From: Candidatus Krumholzibacteriia bacterium | GTDB taxonomy: Bacteria; Krumholzibacteriota; Krumholzibacteriia; LZORAL124-64-63 | Reading direction: 5' to 3' | Length of the DNA stretch: 64,000 bases | Assembly (NCBI GenBank): GCA_046484865.1 | Contig: JAWOID010000144.1 | Location: forward strand, 32,001 to 96,000 | Shown here: piece after piece, positions 21,201-30,366 of the stretch | Layout: each line of letters begins with the position of its first letter | How positions within the stretch are numbered: position 1 is the first letter of the stretch | Notes under the pieces: generated by a model | The model's input: the letters and a program-made list of their open reading frames with translations, nothing else | What the model was told of the DNA's origin: nothing | Database searches by the model: none | Made by a program: the position numbers and the translations under genes

Positions 21201-23468
21201 CTGGACATCTCGCGCCTGGTGCTGCTGGACGCGCTGCTCGTGGCCGTGGTCCTCGGCCTGCGTGCTCTCGGCCGCTGGCGACTGCCGGCGGGCCGGCGGT
21301 GGCAGCCCAGCTTCCAGCAGCGCTTCCTGGCGGGATTCCTGGCGCTCGGACTGGTCGTGCTGGTGCTGGCGGGGGTTTTCGTCGACCGGTTGACGCGCGA
21401 CCGGGTCGCGGCCGAGGCGCGGCGGGAGACGCGGGCCGGACTGACGACCGCCCTGGGTCAGCTCCAGGGGCTGCTCGCGGAGCAGGCGCGCCTGCTGGCG
21501 GGCAGCGAGTACATCGCCGACCTCCTCGAGGGGCGGCTCGCCGGCCAGCGTCCGGTGGGCCCGTTCGCGCTGCAGCAGGGGATGGTGTTCGGCGGCGACG
21601 GTTCGCTGCTCCTGGACGAGACCCTCAGCGACCTGGACGCCGGCGAGGCGGCCGCGCTGCTCGCGGTGGCCAGAAGGGCCCCGCTGGTGGTCGTGGCGGC
21701 CGGTTCCGAATTCTACCTGGGCACGGTGATCCCGATCGATCTCGGCGGCGTGATCGCGCCGGAGGAGGAGATCCCGGGGCCCGAGCCGCTTTCCCGTGCG
21801 CCCAGCGGGGGCTTCTTCTTCTACCGGCACCGCCTGGACGGTGATCTGCTGACGGGACTGGCCCAGGTCATCCAGGGCGAGGTGGCGCTGCGACGCGACG
21901 GCGAGGTGGTGCTGGCCAGCCATCCGGCGCGGGTCTTCTCCGGCGAGGTGCCGCTGCTCGCCGCACCGGCGTCGATGCGGCGCCTGGCCGACCATCCCCT
22001 CAGCCCGCAGGTGGAGCCGGTGCCGGGCTCGGAACTGGCGTTCACCGGCGCGGCGGCGCTGCCCTCGCTGGTGCTGCCGGAGAGCGGCGATCTGAGCCAG
22101 CGCCGCCTGCCGGCGGTGCTCTCGGTGGCGTTTCCCGGGCGGCAGCGCGAGGTGATCGAGCAGCGCGAGCGCACGGTGCTCTACCTGGCCGGTCTGGCCA
22201 CCTTGATCCTGGTGGCGGCGCTGCTGCTGGTGCTGCTGCTGACGTGGGGCATCTTCGGGCCGGTGCGGGTCCTGGTCACCGCCACCCAGCGGCTCGCCGG
22301 CGGTGACTTCGACGCTCCCCTGCCCGCCGCCGGTCGCGACGAGGTGGGCCGCCTGGCGGGGGCCTTCGCACGCATGCGCGACGAGTTGCATGCGGCGCGG
22401 CAGCGGCTGGAGGCGCGGGAACGCTTCCTCTCCACGGTGCTCGAGCGGGTTCCCGTGGGTGTGCTGGTGGTGCGCGCGGAGGGCGGTCTGGCGGTGCTCA
22501 ATCCCACCGGGCAGTCCATCCTCGCCGCGTTCTATCCGGATCTGGGACCGGCCGCCGCCGCCAGCCGGCTGCTGGCGGATCACGCCGCGGCGGTTCACGC
22601 GGGCGGTGATGCCGAGTGGCACAGCGTCGGTCGTCACCGGACCTTGCGCGGCCGCGTGGCCACGCTGGCGCGGCCGGACGGACGCTCCGACGCCATGGCT
22701 GTGTTCGAGGACGTGACCGAGTTCCTGGCCACCAAGCGTCTGGCGCTCAATGCGGAGCTGGCGCGACAGGTGGCGCACGAGATCAAGAATCCGCTCACGC
22801 CCATCCAGCTGTCCGCCCAGCTCCTCGAGCAGGCCTACCGGGATCGCGCGGCCGATCTGGATGCGATCGTGGCCGACTCGGTCCGCCGCATCCTCGAGCA
22901 GGTCGAGCTGCTGCGGAGCATCGCCGGCGAGTTCAGCCTGCTCGGACGCCCGGGTGAGCTGGAGTGCGCGCCTCTGGATCTGCCGGAACTGGTGCGGCAG
23001 GTGGCGGCCAGCTATCACGCCGACGAGCGGGACGCCGCGAGCGGCGGGACGCGCGATGCGGATGCCAGGGTCCGGGTGGTCGCACGCGACATCCCGCCGG
23101 TCCTCGGTCACCGCGAATCGCTGCGCAAGGTGCTGAGCAACCTCATGCAGAACTCGCTCGACGCGCGCGGGGCGGCTGGAGGGCTGGTGGTGGAGGTCGA
23201 CTTCCGCAGCGATCCCGAGCACGTGATCATGACCTGGCGGGACAACGGGACGGGCCTGGCCGAGGACGTGGCCGACCGTCTCTTCGACCCCTATTTCTCC
23301 ACCAAGAGCAAGGGAACCGGGCTGGGGCTCGCCATCTGCCGCAACCTCGTGGACAAGATGGGCGGCGGCATCACCCTGGCCAACCGCCCCCATGCTTCCG
23401 GCGCCGTGGCCGAGATCGTCCTGAGGCGCGCCGATGCCGCGGCGGCTGCCGGGCGGGATACCCCGTAG
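18300..23468 (+). CDS. Very large multi-TM sensor histidine kinase (HAMP, PAS-like, HisKA, HATPase; NtrY-like core)
   Basis: HAMP (GPVRVL...LAGGDFD...DEVGRLAGAFARM), H-box AHEIKNPLTPIQL, N-box NLMQNS, DNGTG, LFDPYFSTK..GTGLGLAI; many hydrophobic segments in the N-terminal ~1300 aa. Confidence 0.9.
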   Translation: MRLPAARSAPVVVILATALQGGLLWLSGRGGEPALILPFPLALAAVIALAAAVLHQIRRSAIPRLPEPASAERRAGAEGGWRLVALALFCLAQVVIAVQAGGTWRAQEQEESAWEEKARARLTARVEEEAERLSAMVAALGGLDPPALPAELRASALVPAIEPGAASADAPDAFAVAQSLARAARGAVPLAPGAELDAVLWHRDERTAWTAGAAPLSWAPGPPGGVTLATGHESVHLRRVLLLEFAPAVAGDAGGASPAAADAAGAAVPPDLLVELQIRLPGVAPAATGPPDAPLTRAPSLAADGGESVLQRTLSTAPFGSRPRVLGGASEGMTAVQTVALAPDERGRLLGVRVAASVPPQRLLARADAAMRLVVLAAAWAVALVAGVGWLAGLVAALLAAWIARAALAAIDLFHWVQSAVPDAPLGGVTGALASVVDPAYFATPFGYGWMASTVDVFLTAVLFAATGWAVLDTAARRTRGSAAVAGRAGRTGGAGRALAAGLAVGVALGGGLLLLRLVTGEIVENANPRLVGPQVPYRSLTFWMLHAALLALSGAVVASLTAVAALLRHRGAGWGRGWTAVAAALGGALLVAVPAAGAGGGPGPLAAVTAGALAAGIWLLSRPALHARGLAGQLAVVVLFLLTVAWNYSALRESYGRSERTWLLRKAEQVVQPQEDWITFLLQDALREMAAKEQGQRVAEAARRWQPPVPVWHPSASTAVDTTGDDAATGTSVSVVSGAERGAAEGAELWRNEPAYRLWLGSSLRDLGMPTLIEVDDPEGMAVSLFAAGFLRDFGYEVQARSSWQPLPPPGGSEPPVLVQTERRRYPTGEEVVLRGEIPRWGVGGFIRVELPLRSRRAATLLEQLQGVRPDPTVAGYRPRAEIDRPLLLVHGDARGWLDAGEGLFPDPVSDEVVAALQQGRRTWGVVTAESSPYLATWSALPAEAAEREGEGFLIGVQQLGALGTALDISRLVLLDALLVAVVLGLRALGRWRLPAGRRWQPSFQQRFLAGFLALGLVVLVLAGVFVDRLTRDRVAAEARRETRAGLTTALGQLQGLLAEQARLLAGSEYIADLLEGRLAGQRPVGPFALQQGMVFGGDGSLLLDETLSDLDAGEAAALLAVARRAPLVVVAAGSEFYLGTVIPIDLGGVIAPEEEIPGPEPLSRAPSGGFFFYRHRLDGDLLTGLAQVIQGEVALRRDGEVVLASHPARVFSGEVPLLAAPASMRRLADHPLSPQVEPVPGSELAFTGAAALPSLVLPESGDLSQRRLPAVLSVAFPGRQREVIEQRERTVLYLAGLATLILVAALLLVLLLTWGIFGPVRVLVTATQRLAGGDFDAPLPAAGRDEVGRLAGAFARMRDELHAARQRLEARERFLSTVLERVPVGVLVVRAEGGLAVLNPTGQSILAAFYPDLGPAAAASRLLADHAAAVHAGGDAEWHSVGRHRTLRGRVATLARPDGRSDAMAVFEDVTEFLATKRLALNAELARQVAHEIKNPLTPIQLSAQLLEQAYRDRAADLDAIVADSVRRILEQVELLRSIAGEFSLLGRPGELECAPLDLPELVRQVAASYHADERDAASGGTRDADARVRVVARDIPPVLGHRESLRKVLSNLMQNSLDARGAAGGLVVEVDFRSDPEHVIMTWRDNGTGLAEDVADRLFDPYFSTKSKGTGLGLAICRNLVDKMGGGITLANRPHASGAVAEIVLRRADAAAAAGRDTP

Positions 23469-23585
23469 CCGGATCGGGCCTGGCTGGCGCGACCGGGAAT
23501 CTCGCCGTTGGTTCGGTGTAGAACGACGACGATCCACCGCACAGACCCCCGGGGGAGGATCCGCGTGTCGGACCATTCCGTCACC

Positions 23586-24347
23586 ATGGGCAGAGCAATT
23601 CCGAGGTCCTGCACCGCGGCGGCACTCTCCGGGCCGCCGGGAGCGCGGTTCTCGACCCGCTGGCGGCTGCTGCTCGTTGCGGCGCTGGCCGCGATCGCGG
23701 TCGCCACCGCAGCCTCGGCAGCCTCGGCGCGCCCTCCGGCGGGAGCCGCCCAGCCGGAGATCCGCATCGCGCGCCTGCACTACGGCGGCGGCGGCGACTG
23801 GTACTGCGATCCCAGCAGCCTGCCGAACTGGATGGCGGAATTCACGCGGCGCACCGGCGTGCCGACGGCCGCCACCGAGGCGGTGGTCACGCTCGACAGC
23901 GAGGATCTGTACCGGTATCCGCTGCTGTACGTGTCGGGTCACGGCCGGATCGCCCTCGCCGATGCCGAGCTGGCGGTGCTGCGCCGCTATCTGGAGGCGG
24001 GCGGCTTCCTCTACGCCGACGACAACTACGGCATGGACGAGAGCTTCCGGGCCATGGTCGCGCAGCTCTATCCCGAGAGCGAGCTGGCGCCGATCGGCAG
24101 CGCGCATCCGATCTACCGCAGCTTCTACGACCTGGAAGGCCTGCCGAAGATCCACGAACACGATGGCGAGCCCGCCCAGGGGTTCGGGATCGTGCGCGAG
24201 CGACGGGTGGTGGTGTTCTACAGCTACTCCAGCGACATCGGCGACGGGCTGGAGGATCCCGACGTGCACGGCGACCCGCCGGCGGCCCGCGAGGCTGCGG
24301 CGCGCATGGCGGTGAATATACTGATGTATGCCCTGAACCGGCCGTGA
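23586..24347 (+). CDS. DUF4159-domain protein, secreted
   Basis: IARLHYGGGGDWY.DP, YPLLYVSGHG, LRRYLEAGGFLYADDNYG, HPIY, GLPKIHEHDG, DIGDG.ED..VH, MAVNILMYAL. Start uncertain. Confidence 0.85.
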   Translation: MGRAIPRSCTAAALSGPPGARFSTRWRLLLVAALAAIAVATAASAASARPPAGAAQPEIRIARLHYGGGGDWYCDPSSLPNWMAEFTRRTGVPTAATEAVVTLDSEDLYRYPLLYVSGHGRIALADAELAVLRRYLEAGGFLYADDNYGMDESFRAMVAQLYPESELAPIGSAHPIYRSFYDLEGLPKIHEHDGEPAQGFGIVRERRVVVFYSYSSDIGDGLEDPDVHGDPPAAREAAARMAVNILMYALNRP

Positions 24348-24381
24348 CGCGCCGCTGCGCACGACGCCCGAGGAGCACAGG

Positions 24382-27300
24382 ATGAGTCGCCCGCCCACAT
24401 CGCCCTCCCGGCTCCGCCGGGCACTGCGCCGGCTGGTGCGCCGCACGCACGCGCGGGTGGCGATGCGCGGCGTGCTGGCCACGCTGGCGGTGGGCGGCGG
24501 GGTGGCCGCGGCCGTCCTGTTCACGCTCGGCCGCCTGGATCACCTGCCGCCGGCCCTGAAGCTCGGCTTGACCGCCACGGCCTTGCTGGCGGTGGCGGCG
24601 GTGCTGCTGCGGACGCTCGTGGTGCCGCTGGCGCGGTTGCGCCGCGCGGCGGTCGTGGCGCGGGAACTCGACCGGCGGGCCGGGTTGCGCAACCACCTGG
24701 TGGCGGCCGAGGAGTCGCTGCGGCGCCCCGATCGGTGGAGCGGCGCCCCGGGCGTGAGCGATGAACTGGTGGCCCGGCTGCAGAGCGGAGCCCTCCAGCA
24801 GCTGGAGCGGCTGCGCCTGCACCGCGCCTGGCCCGTCTCGTGGGCGGGCGCCAGCCTGCTCGGTGCCGTCATGGTGGCGGCGGCCACGGGCTGGTGGCTG
24901 CTCGCGACGCCGGCCGAGGTGGAGCGCGCCGCCGAGCGAGTGCGCGCCCCGTGGCGAAACGAGGCATCGGCGCCCACCGTGGGCCTCTATCTCGCGCCGG
25001 GCCCCGGTCCGGTGATCGCCGGTGCGAGCGTCACCCTGGCGGCGCTCGATTTCGGTCGCGATCCGGAGCAGCCGGCCGTGTGCGAGATCCGTCGCGGCAG
25101 CGGCCTGTGGCAGCCGGTTTCCGTCCGTGCCGAGCCGGCAGGCTCCGCGGTCGGGGAATCGTTGCTGGTCGGCGCCAATCTGCCGCCTGCGCACCACCGG
25201 TGGCTGGCGGAGGTGACGGATGTCCGCGAGGACCTGGTCTTCCGCTTCCGGCGCGGCGCCCGGACCACCCGGGAGCGCACGGTGACGGTCTGGCACCCGC
25301 CGATCCTCGCCGAGCTGTCCGGCGCCATCGTCCCGCCGGATTATACCGGCTTGCCGCGCGTCGACATGCCGCTGCTGCCGGCTCACCTCGAGGTCCTCGC
25401 CGGCTCGGAACTGAGGCTGGTCGGCCGCGCCAACCACGACCTGGTCTGGGCAGCCGCCGTGGCTGCCGACGGCGACACCATGGCGCTGGAGGTTGCCGGC
25501 GACCGGATGCGGGGGCGGCTAGCGGTGACGGAACCCCTGAGCTTCTCGTTGCTCCTGCGGGACCGCCGTGGGCTCAACAGCGATTCGCCGCTGACCATCG
25601 AGGTGGCGGTGACGCCCGACCGTGTGCCGCGCGCGCGTCTCACCCGGCCGGGCGAGGACACCCTGCTGCCGCTGGCCGGCGATGTGGACCTGCTGGCGGA
25701 GGCGAGCGACGATTTCGGCGTGGCCGAGATGCGGCTGCTGCTCCGGCGGGAGGGGCCGATGCCGTCCGCTGGCGTCGGCTCCGACGAGATCGGCTCCGAC
25801 TGGTCGCGTCTGCCGCTGTGGCCGCTGCCGGCGGGCGGGGCCCAGGCGAGTGCCGAGACGCCGCTGGGCAGGGTGGTCGTCGACGTTGCCGGCGCCGGCG
25901 AGGACGGGGAGCAAGGCCGCCTCGACCTGTGGCGGCGGCTGCGCCTGAACGCCGGTGAACTGGATCTGGTGCCGGGCGAGGTGCTGCTGCTCGCTCTGGA
26001 GGTCGTGGACAACCGCGAGCCCGCTCCCGGGCAGACCGCGCGTTCGAGCGTGCTGCGTCTGGCCATGCCGTCGGCGGCGGAGATCCTGACCAGCCGCGCG
26101 GAACAGGAGCGCGGCCATCGCGGCGAGCTGGAAGCGCTGCGCCGTCGCAGCGGCGAGCTGGGCGCGGACCTCGAGCGCCTCCAGCGCGAGCTCCTGAAGA
26201 GCCCGCTGCCGGACTTCGCACGCCGGCAGCAGATCGAGAGCGCTTTGGAGCGCCACCAGACGATGCAGCAGGAGCTGAGCCGGGTGGCGGGGCAACTCCA
26301 GGCCGATCTGGAGTCGCTCGCCCAGAACGCGCTCACCAGCCAGGAATTGCTGGAGCGCATGGACATGATCTCCGACCTGCTGCGGGACCTGCAGAACGAG
26401 GAGCTGGAGCGGCTCCTGGAGCGGATGCGGCAGGAGTCGTCGCGCCTGGCCCCGGACGAGATCGCCGCGGCGGTGGACGAGGTCCGCCGCAACCAGCAGG
26501 AGACCATCCGCCGCCTCGACAACGCACTCGCGATGCTGCGCGACATGGCGCGTGAACAGGAACTGGAGGGGATGACGTCGCTGCTCGCCCAGCTCCTGCG
26601 ACGCCAGCAGGAACTGACGGAGCAGAACCGCGCCGCCGCCGACGAAGGCACCGACGGCGAGCCCGAGGGAGCGCAATCCGGAGACGACGAGAGGGACGGC
26701 GAGCAGGGTGAGGGCGAGCAGGGTGAGGGCGAACAGGGTGAGGGCGAACAGGGCGAGGGGGAGCAGGGCGAGGGGGAGCAGGAGGGTGAGCAGGGCGAAG
26801 GCGAGCAAGGCGAAGGTGAGGGCGAAAGCGAGCCGAACGACGGTTCTCCGGACGCCGAGTCCGGCGACCCGACATCCGATGCGGCGTCGGCCCAGGAGAT
26901 GGCCGAGCGCCAGCAGGCACTCGCCCGGGAGCTCGAGCAGCTCGAGGAGCGGCTGCAGGAGGCTCTGGAACAGGTGCAGCGCGAGCGCACCGACGGCGAC
27001 CAGTCGCCGTCCGGCGAGCAGATGCAGCAGGCGCTCGAGGAGGCCATGCGCCAGCTGGAGGAGCAGCAGACCGCGCGCAAGATGAGCGATGCCGCGCAGC
27101 AGATGCAGCAGGGCCAGCCGGGGTCCGCCGCCCAGCAGCAGCAGCAGGCGCTCCGCGATCTCGCCTCCCTCTACCACGTCATGCTGCAGAGCCAGATGGC
27201 CATGGAGATGGCGATGCAGCAGCACCAGGCAGCGTCGCTGCGCCGGTTCGCCGCCGACCTCCTGGCTCTCTCGCACCGCCAGGAGGAGATCGCCACCCGT

Positions 27301-28245
27301 GTGCCGGCCGACCTGCGGGACCTCGGCACCACCGGCCTCGCACGCCAGCAGCACCGGGTGCTGAGGGCGGCGCGGACCGTCCGGGACGAGCTGAGCGGCC
27401 TGACCACCGATGCCCCCATGCAGATCATGCGGATGCTGTCGCGGCTCGATACGCTGCTGGAGGAGCTCGGTCGCAGCCTGCACTTCCTGGAGGAAGGTCG
27501 CGGCACGCTGGCGCGCCGCACCGCCGGCGAGGGGCTGGCGGCGATGAACCGCATCGTGATCGACCTGCTCACCCAGGCCCAGATGACCGGCGCCGGCAGT
27601 GGTGGCGGCGGCGGCGGATCGACGCAACCGGCGTTCGGCCAGCAGCTGCGGGACATGGCCCGGGAGCAGGCGGGGCTCAATGCTCTGACCCAGGAGATGC
27701 GCGACGCGCTCGCTCGCCAGCAGCGGGTCAGTCAGGAACTGCGCTCGCAGATGCGGCGGCTCGGCGAGGGACAGGATGCGCTGGCGGAGCGCGCGCGGGA
27801 GATCGCGGAGGAGGAGCGCCGGCAGCGCGAGACCTCTCCGGACGCCGGCGGGCGGATCCTGGGCGACCTCGACCAGCTCGCGCGGGAGATGGAGCAGGTG
27901 GCGCGCGGCCTGGACGACGGCATGGTCGACCAGGCGACGCTGCTGCGGCAGGAACGCATCCTGGGCCGCCTGCTGGACGCCCACAACTCGGTGCGCCAGC
28001 GCGACTACAGCCGCCGCCGTGAGAGCCGCGCCGCCGAGCGCCTCTACTCCGAGCAGGATGGATTGGCACCGGGCCGGGACGGCGAGGGAGCGGCACCCCT
28101 CCAGCGGCGTTACGAGCCGGTGGAGAAGGCGCCGGTGGAATACCGTGACCTGGTGCGGCAGTACTTCCACCTGCTCGATCAGCTGCGTCGCGACACCGCC
28201 CCGTCGGCCCCGGGCGGTGTGGGCGCCGGACCGGGAGTGCCGTGA
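24382..28245 (+). CDS. DUF4175-like large membrane-anchored coiled-coil protein
   Basis: Three N-terminal TM segments, PPDYTGL, PD..P, A.DDFGV, long Gln/Glu coiled coils, QERILGRLLDA..S.RQRD, C-terminal EYRDLVRQYF. Confidence 0.75.
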   Translation: MSRPPTSPSRLRRALRRLVRRTHARVAMRGVLATLAVGGGVAAAVLFTLGRLDHLPPALKLGLTATALLAVAAVLLRTLVVPLARLRRAAVVARELDRRAGLRNHLVAAEESLRRPDRWSGAPGVSDELVARLQSGALQQLERLRLHRAWPVSWAGASLLGAVMVAAATGWWLLATPAEVERAAERVRAPWRNEASAPTVGLYLAPGPGPVIAGASVTLAALDFGRDPEQPAVCEIRRGSGLWQPVSVRAEPAGSAVGESLLVGANLPPAHHRWLAEVTDVREDLVFRFRRGARTTRERTVTVWHPPILAELSGAIVPPDYTGLPRVDMPLLPAHLEVLAGSELRLVGRANHDLVWAAAVAADGDTMALEVAGDRMRGRLAVTEPLSFSLLLRDRRGLNSDSPLTIEVAVTPDRVPRARLTRPGEDTLLPLAGDVDLLAEASDDFGVAEMRLLLRREGPMPSAGVGSDEIGSDWSRLPLWPLPAGGAQASAETPLGRVVVDVAGAGEDGEQGRLDLWRRLRLNAGELDLVPGEVLLLALEVVDNREPAPGQTARSSVLRLAMPSAAEILTSRAEQERGHRGELEALRRRSGELGADLERLQRELLKSPLPDFARRQQIESALERHQTMQQELSRVAGQLQADLESLAQNALTSQELLERMDMISDLLRDLQNEELERLLERMRQESSRLAPDEIAAAVDEVRRNQQETIRRLDNALAMLRDMAREQELEGMTSLLAQLLRRQQELTEQNRAAADEGTDGEPEGAQSGDDERDGEQGEGEQGEGEQGEGEQGEGEQGEGEQEGEQGEGEQGEGEGESEPNDGSPDAESGDPTSDAASAQEMAERQQALARELEQLEERLQEALEQVQRERTDGDQSPSGEQMQQALEEAMRQLEEQQTARKMSDAAQQMQQGQPGSAAQQQQQALRDLASLYHVMLQSQMAMEMAMQQHQAASLRRFAADLLALSHRQEEIATRVPADLRDLGTTGLARQQHRVLRAARTVRDELSGLTTDAPMQIMRMLSRLDTLLEELGRSLHFLEEGRGTLARRTAGEGLAAMNRIVIDLLTQAQMTGAGSGGGGGGSTQPAFGQQLRDMAREQAGLNALTQEMRDALARQQRVSQELRSQMRRLGEGQDALAERAREIAEEERRQRETSPDAGGRILGDLDQLAREMEQVARGLDDGMVDQATLLRQERILGRLLDAHNSVRQRDYSRRRESRAAERLYSEQDGLAPGRDGEGAAPLQRRYEPVEKAPVEYRDLVRQYFHLLDQLRRDTAPSAPGGVGAGPGVP
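26698..26826 (+). repeat. 15-bp in-frame tandem repeat encoding (GEQGE)n, ~8 units
   Basis: Unit ggcgagcagggtgag with synonymous variants and one 12-bp unit. Confidence 0.9.
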
Positions 28246-30335
28246 TGGATTTCGTGATCGGTTTCTTGTCGAGGACCGCCGACGTGCTGCGTCGGGCGGG
28301 TCGTGCCACGGCCCTGGATCGCCTCTCCGCCCGCGGCTGCCGCCGCCGCCGGCGGAACGGAAGCGATGCCGGCTTCCTGCCCCTCATGGGGCTGGCGCTG
28401 ATGGCGACGCTCGTGGCCGGCGCTGCGGCGGCGCAGGTGCCGCTGGACCCGCGTTCGCGACTGGAGCGTCCGCCGGACACCAGACCTTCGCCCCGGCTGG
28501 AACGCGTCCACCCGCAGCTGGCGCCGCACGCGGACCTGTTGCGGCGCGTGCAGGAGCTCGATCGCCTGCTCACTCTCGGTAGTCTCAGCCGCGCCGAGGT
28601 GCTGCTCGGCGAACTCGAGCAGCACTCGTTTCTCGGCCCCCACCTGCTGCCGCACCGCATCCGTCTGGCCCAGCTGAAGGGCGACCACGAAGCTGCGGTC
28701 GACCTCTGCCGGGAGGCGCTCGCCGACGCTCCCGGGAACGCGCGGGTCTGGCGGGAGCTGGCCGGATCCCTGCTGGCGCTCGGCCGCGGCGGCGAGGCGC
28801 GCGAAGCCCTCGACCGCTTCGTCGCGACGAGCCCCAACCAGCGCAGCAGCCTGGTGGTCGCCGTCGACCTCGCGGCGTCGGCGGGCGGGTCGGCCATGGC
28901 GCTGGCGCTCGTCGATTCGGCGCGGACCCTGCTGGCCGAGCCGCAGTTCATGGCCCGCGAGCGAGCGCTCGCGTTGCTGAGCCTCGGCCGCGAGGAGGCG
29001 GCGGCCGACGAGCTCGCAGCCGACCTGCGGACCCATCCCTTCCATCTGCCGCTGGTGAGGACCGCGCTCGCCGACGGGATCTTCGTTCCGCGCGAGCACG
29101 AGCGATTCGTGGCCCGGCTCGGTGAGCGGGCCACCGAGCGCGAGGCCGGCGCCGCGGAGAGGATCCTGCTGGCCAACCTCCTCGTCGAGGGCGGCGATGC
29201 CGCCGGCGCGCAGGCGACGGTGAGCGGGCTGGCCCGCGATCGCGAGTCGGCCAACCTGCTGCTGCAGAACGCGGCCGTCCTCGCCCGCGAGCTGGAACTG
29301 GTCGAGGACGCGAGGCTGCGCACGGTCCGCACCGACTTCCTGCTGGCCGTCCTGCGCGACCTCGGCGACGGGTCGGCGCTGGAGTCGGCCACGCAGGTGC
29401 GGGCGCTGGACACGATGGCATCCGTTCTCGAGACGGCGCTGAGCCGCGGCGACCTGGGCGACGATGCCCGCGCGGCTGCCGCCCGGTTCGAGGATCTGCT
29501 CGGGCTGGTGCAACGGCGCAACCCGCGTTCGCCGCACCTCTACTCGGCGCAGATCAGGCTGGCGCACTTCACTCGCGACGTCATCGGCGAGCCCGCGCGG
29601 GCGGCCGCGCGCCTCGAGCGGTTGCTCACGAACCTCGACCTTCCGATGGAGGGCGTGGCGCTGGCCCGACTCACGCTCGGCGAGACCTATCTCGCCGCCG
29701 GCGACACGGCCCGCGGACGGACGGTCCTCACCCGTCTGGGCAAGGACGCCGACTTCCGGGAGGCCGCGGGGCACGCGCATTATCATCTGGCGCGCCTGGA
29801 CCTGGCGGAGGGCCACTGGGAGACCGCCCGTGACCGCTTCGCCGCCGTGGCCCTGGACAATCCCGCCGCGACCTACGCGAACGAGTCGCTGGCGCTCGGC
29901 CTGGCGGTGGCGGAGGAACTGCAGAACCCCACGGGCGGACCGGCGCTGCTGGAACTCTACGCACCGGCGGTGCTGTACGATCTGACCGCCCGTCCCGACT
30001 CGCAGCGCGTGGCGCTGGAGCGCTTCGTGACCGCGGCGCCGGTGCGGGTGGACATGAGCCAGCCGCAGCACCTCCTCGAGCGCGCGCGCCTGGAACTCGC
30101 CGGGCTGTACCACGCGAACGGCGAGCAGGCCGCCGCCCTGGAGCAGCTCGACCGCGTCGTCCTCGACCATCCCGACGGGCGGCACGCCGCCGAGGCCCTG
30201 GCGCAGCGGGGCGCGATCCTGCGAGCGGCCGGCGACGAGGCCGGAGCGCGCGAGAATCTCGAGCGGCTGCTGCTGCAGTACCCCGAGTACCTCTTCGCGG
30301 ACGAGATCCGCGATCACCTCAGGAACCTGCCATGA
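28242..30335 (+). CDS. Tetratricopeptide-repeat protein, probably exported
   Basis: Signal-like hydrophobic segment, repeated TPR-like helices (ARLTLGETYLAAGD, AHYHLARLDLAEG, ALAQRGAI), C-terminal LERLLLQYPEYLFADEIR. True start may be downstream. Confidence 0.8.
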   Translation: MMDFVIGFLSRTADVLRRAGRATALDRLSARGCRRRRRNGSDAGFLPLMGLALMATLVAGAAAAQVPLDPRSRLERPPDTRPSPRLERVHPQLAPHADLLRRVQELDRLLTLGSLSRAEVLLGELEQHSFLGPHLLPHRIRLAQLKGDHEAAVDLCREALADAPGNARVWRELAGSLLALGRGGEAREALDRFVATSPNQRSSLVVAVDLAASAGGSAMALALVDSARTLLAEPQFMARERALALLSLGREEAAADELAADLRTHPFHLPLVRTALADGIFVPREHERFVARLGERATEREAGAAERILLANLLVEGGDAAGAQATVSGLARDRESANLLLQNAAVLARELELVEDARLRTVRTDFLLAVLRDLGDGSALESATQVRALDTMASVLETALSRGDLGDDARAAAARFEDLLGLVQRRNPRSPHLYSAQIRLAHFTRDVIGEPARAAARLERLLTNLDLPMEGVALARLTLGETYLAAGDTARGRTVLTRLGKDADFREAAGHAHYHLARLDLAEGHWETARDRFAAVALDNPAATYANESLALGLAVAEELQNPTGGPALLELYAPAVLYDLTARPDSQRVALERFVTAAPVRVDMSQPQHLLERARLELAGLYHANGEQAAALEQLDRVVLDHPDGRHAAEALAQRGAILRAAGDEAGARENLERLLLQYPEYLFADEIRDHLRNLP

Positions 30336-30366
30336 AGATGCTTCAGGATCCTGCCATGAAGATGCT
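30319..30366 (+). repeat. 24-bp tandem duplication covering the RBS and start codon
   Basis: tcaggaacctgccatgaagatgct / tcaggatcctgccatgaagatgct (1 mismatch). Confidence 0.85.

Noticed and set aside
26698..26826. Tandem repeats considered as a possible CRISPR array
   Set aside because: In-frame coding repeats with no unique spacers and no cas genes in the window.
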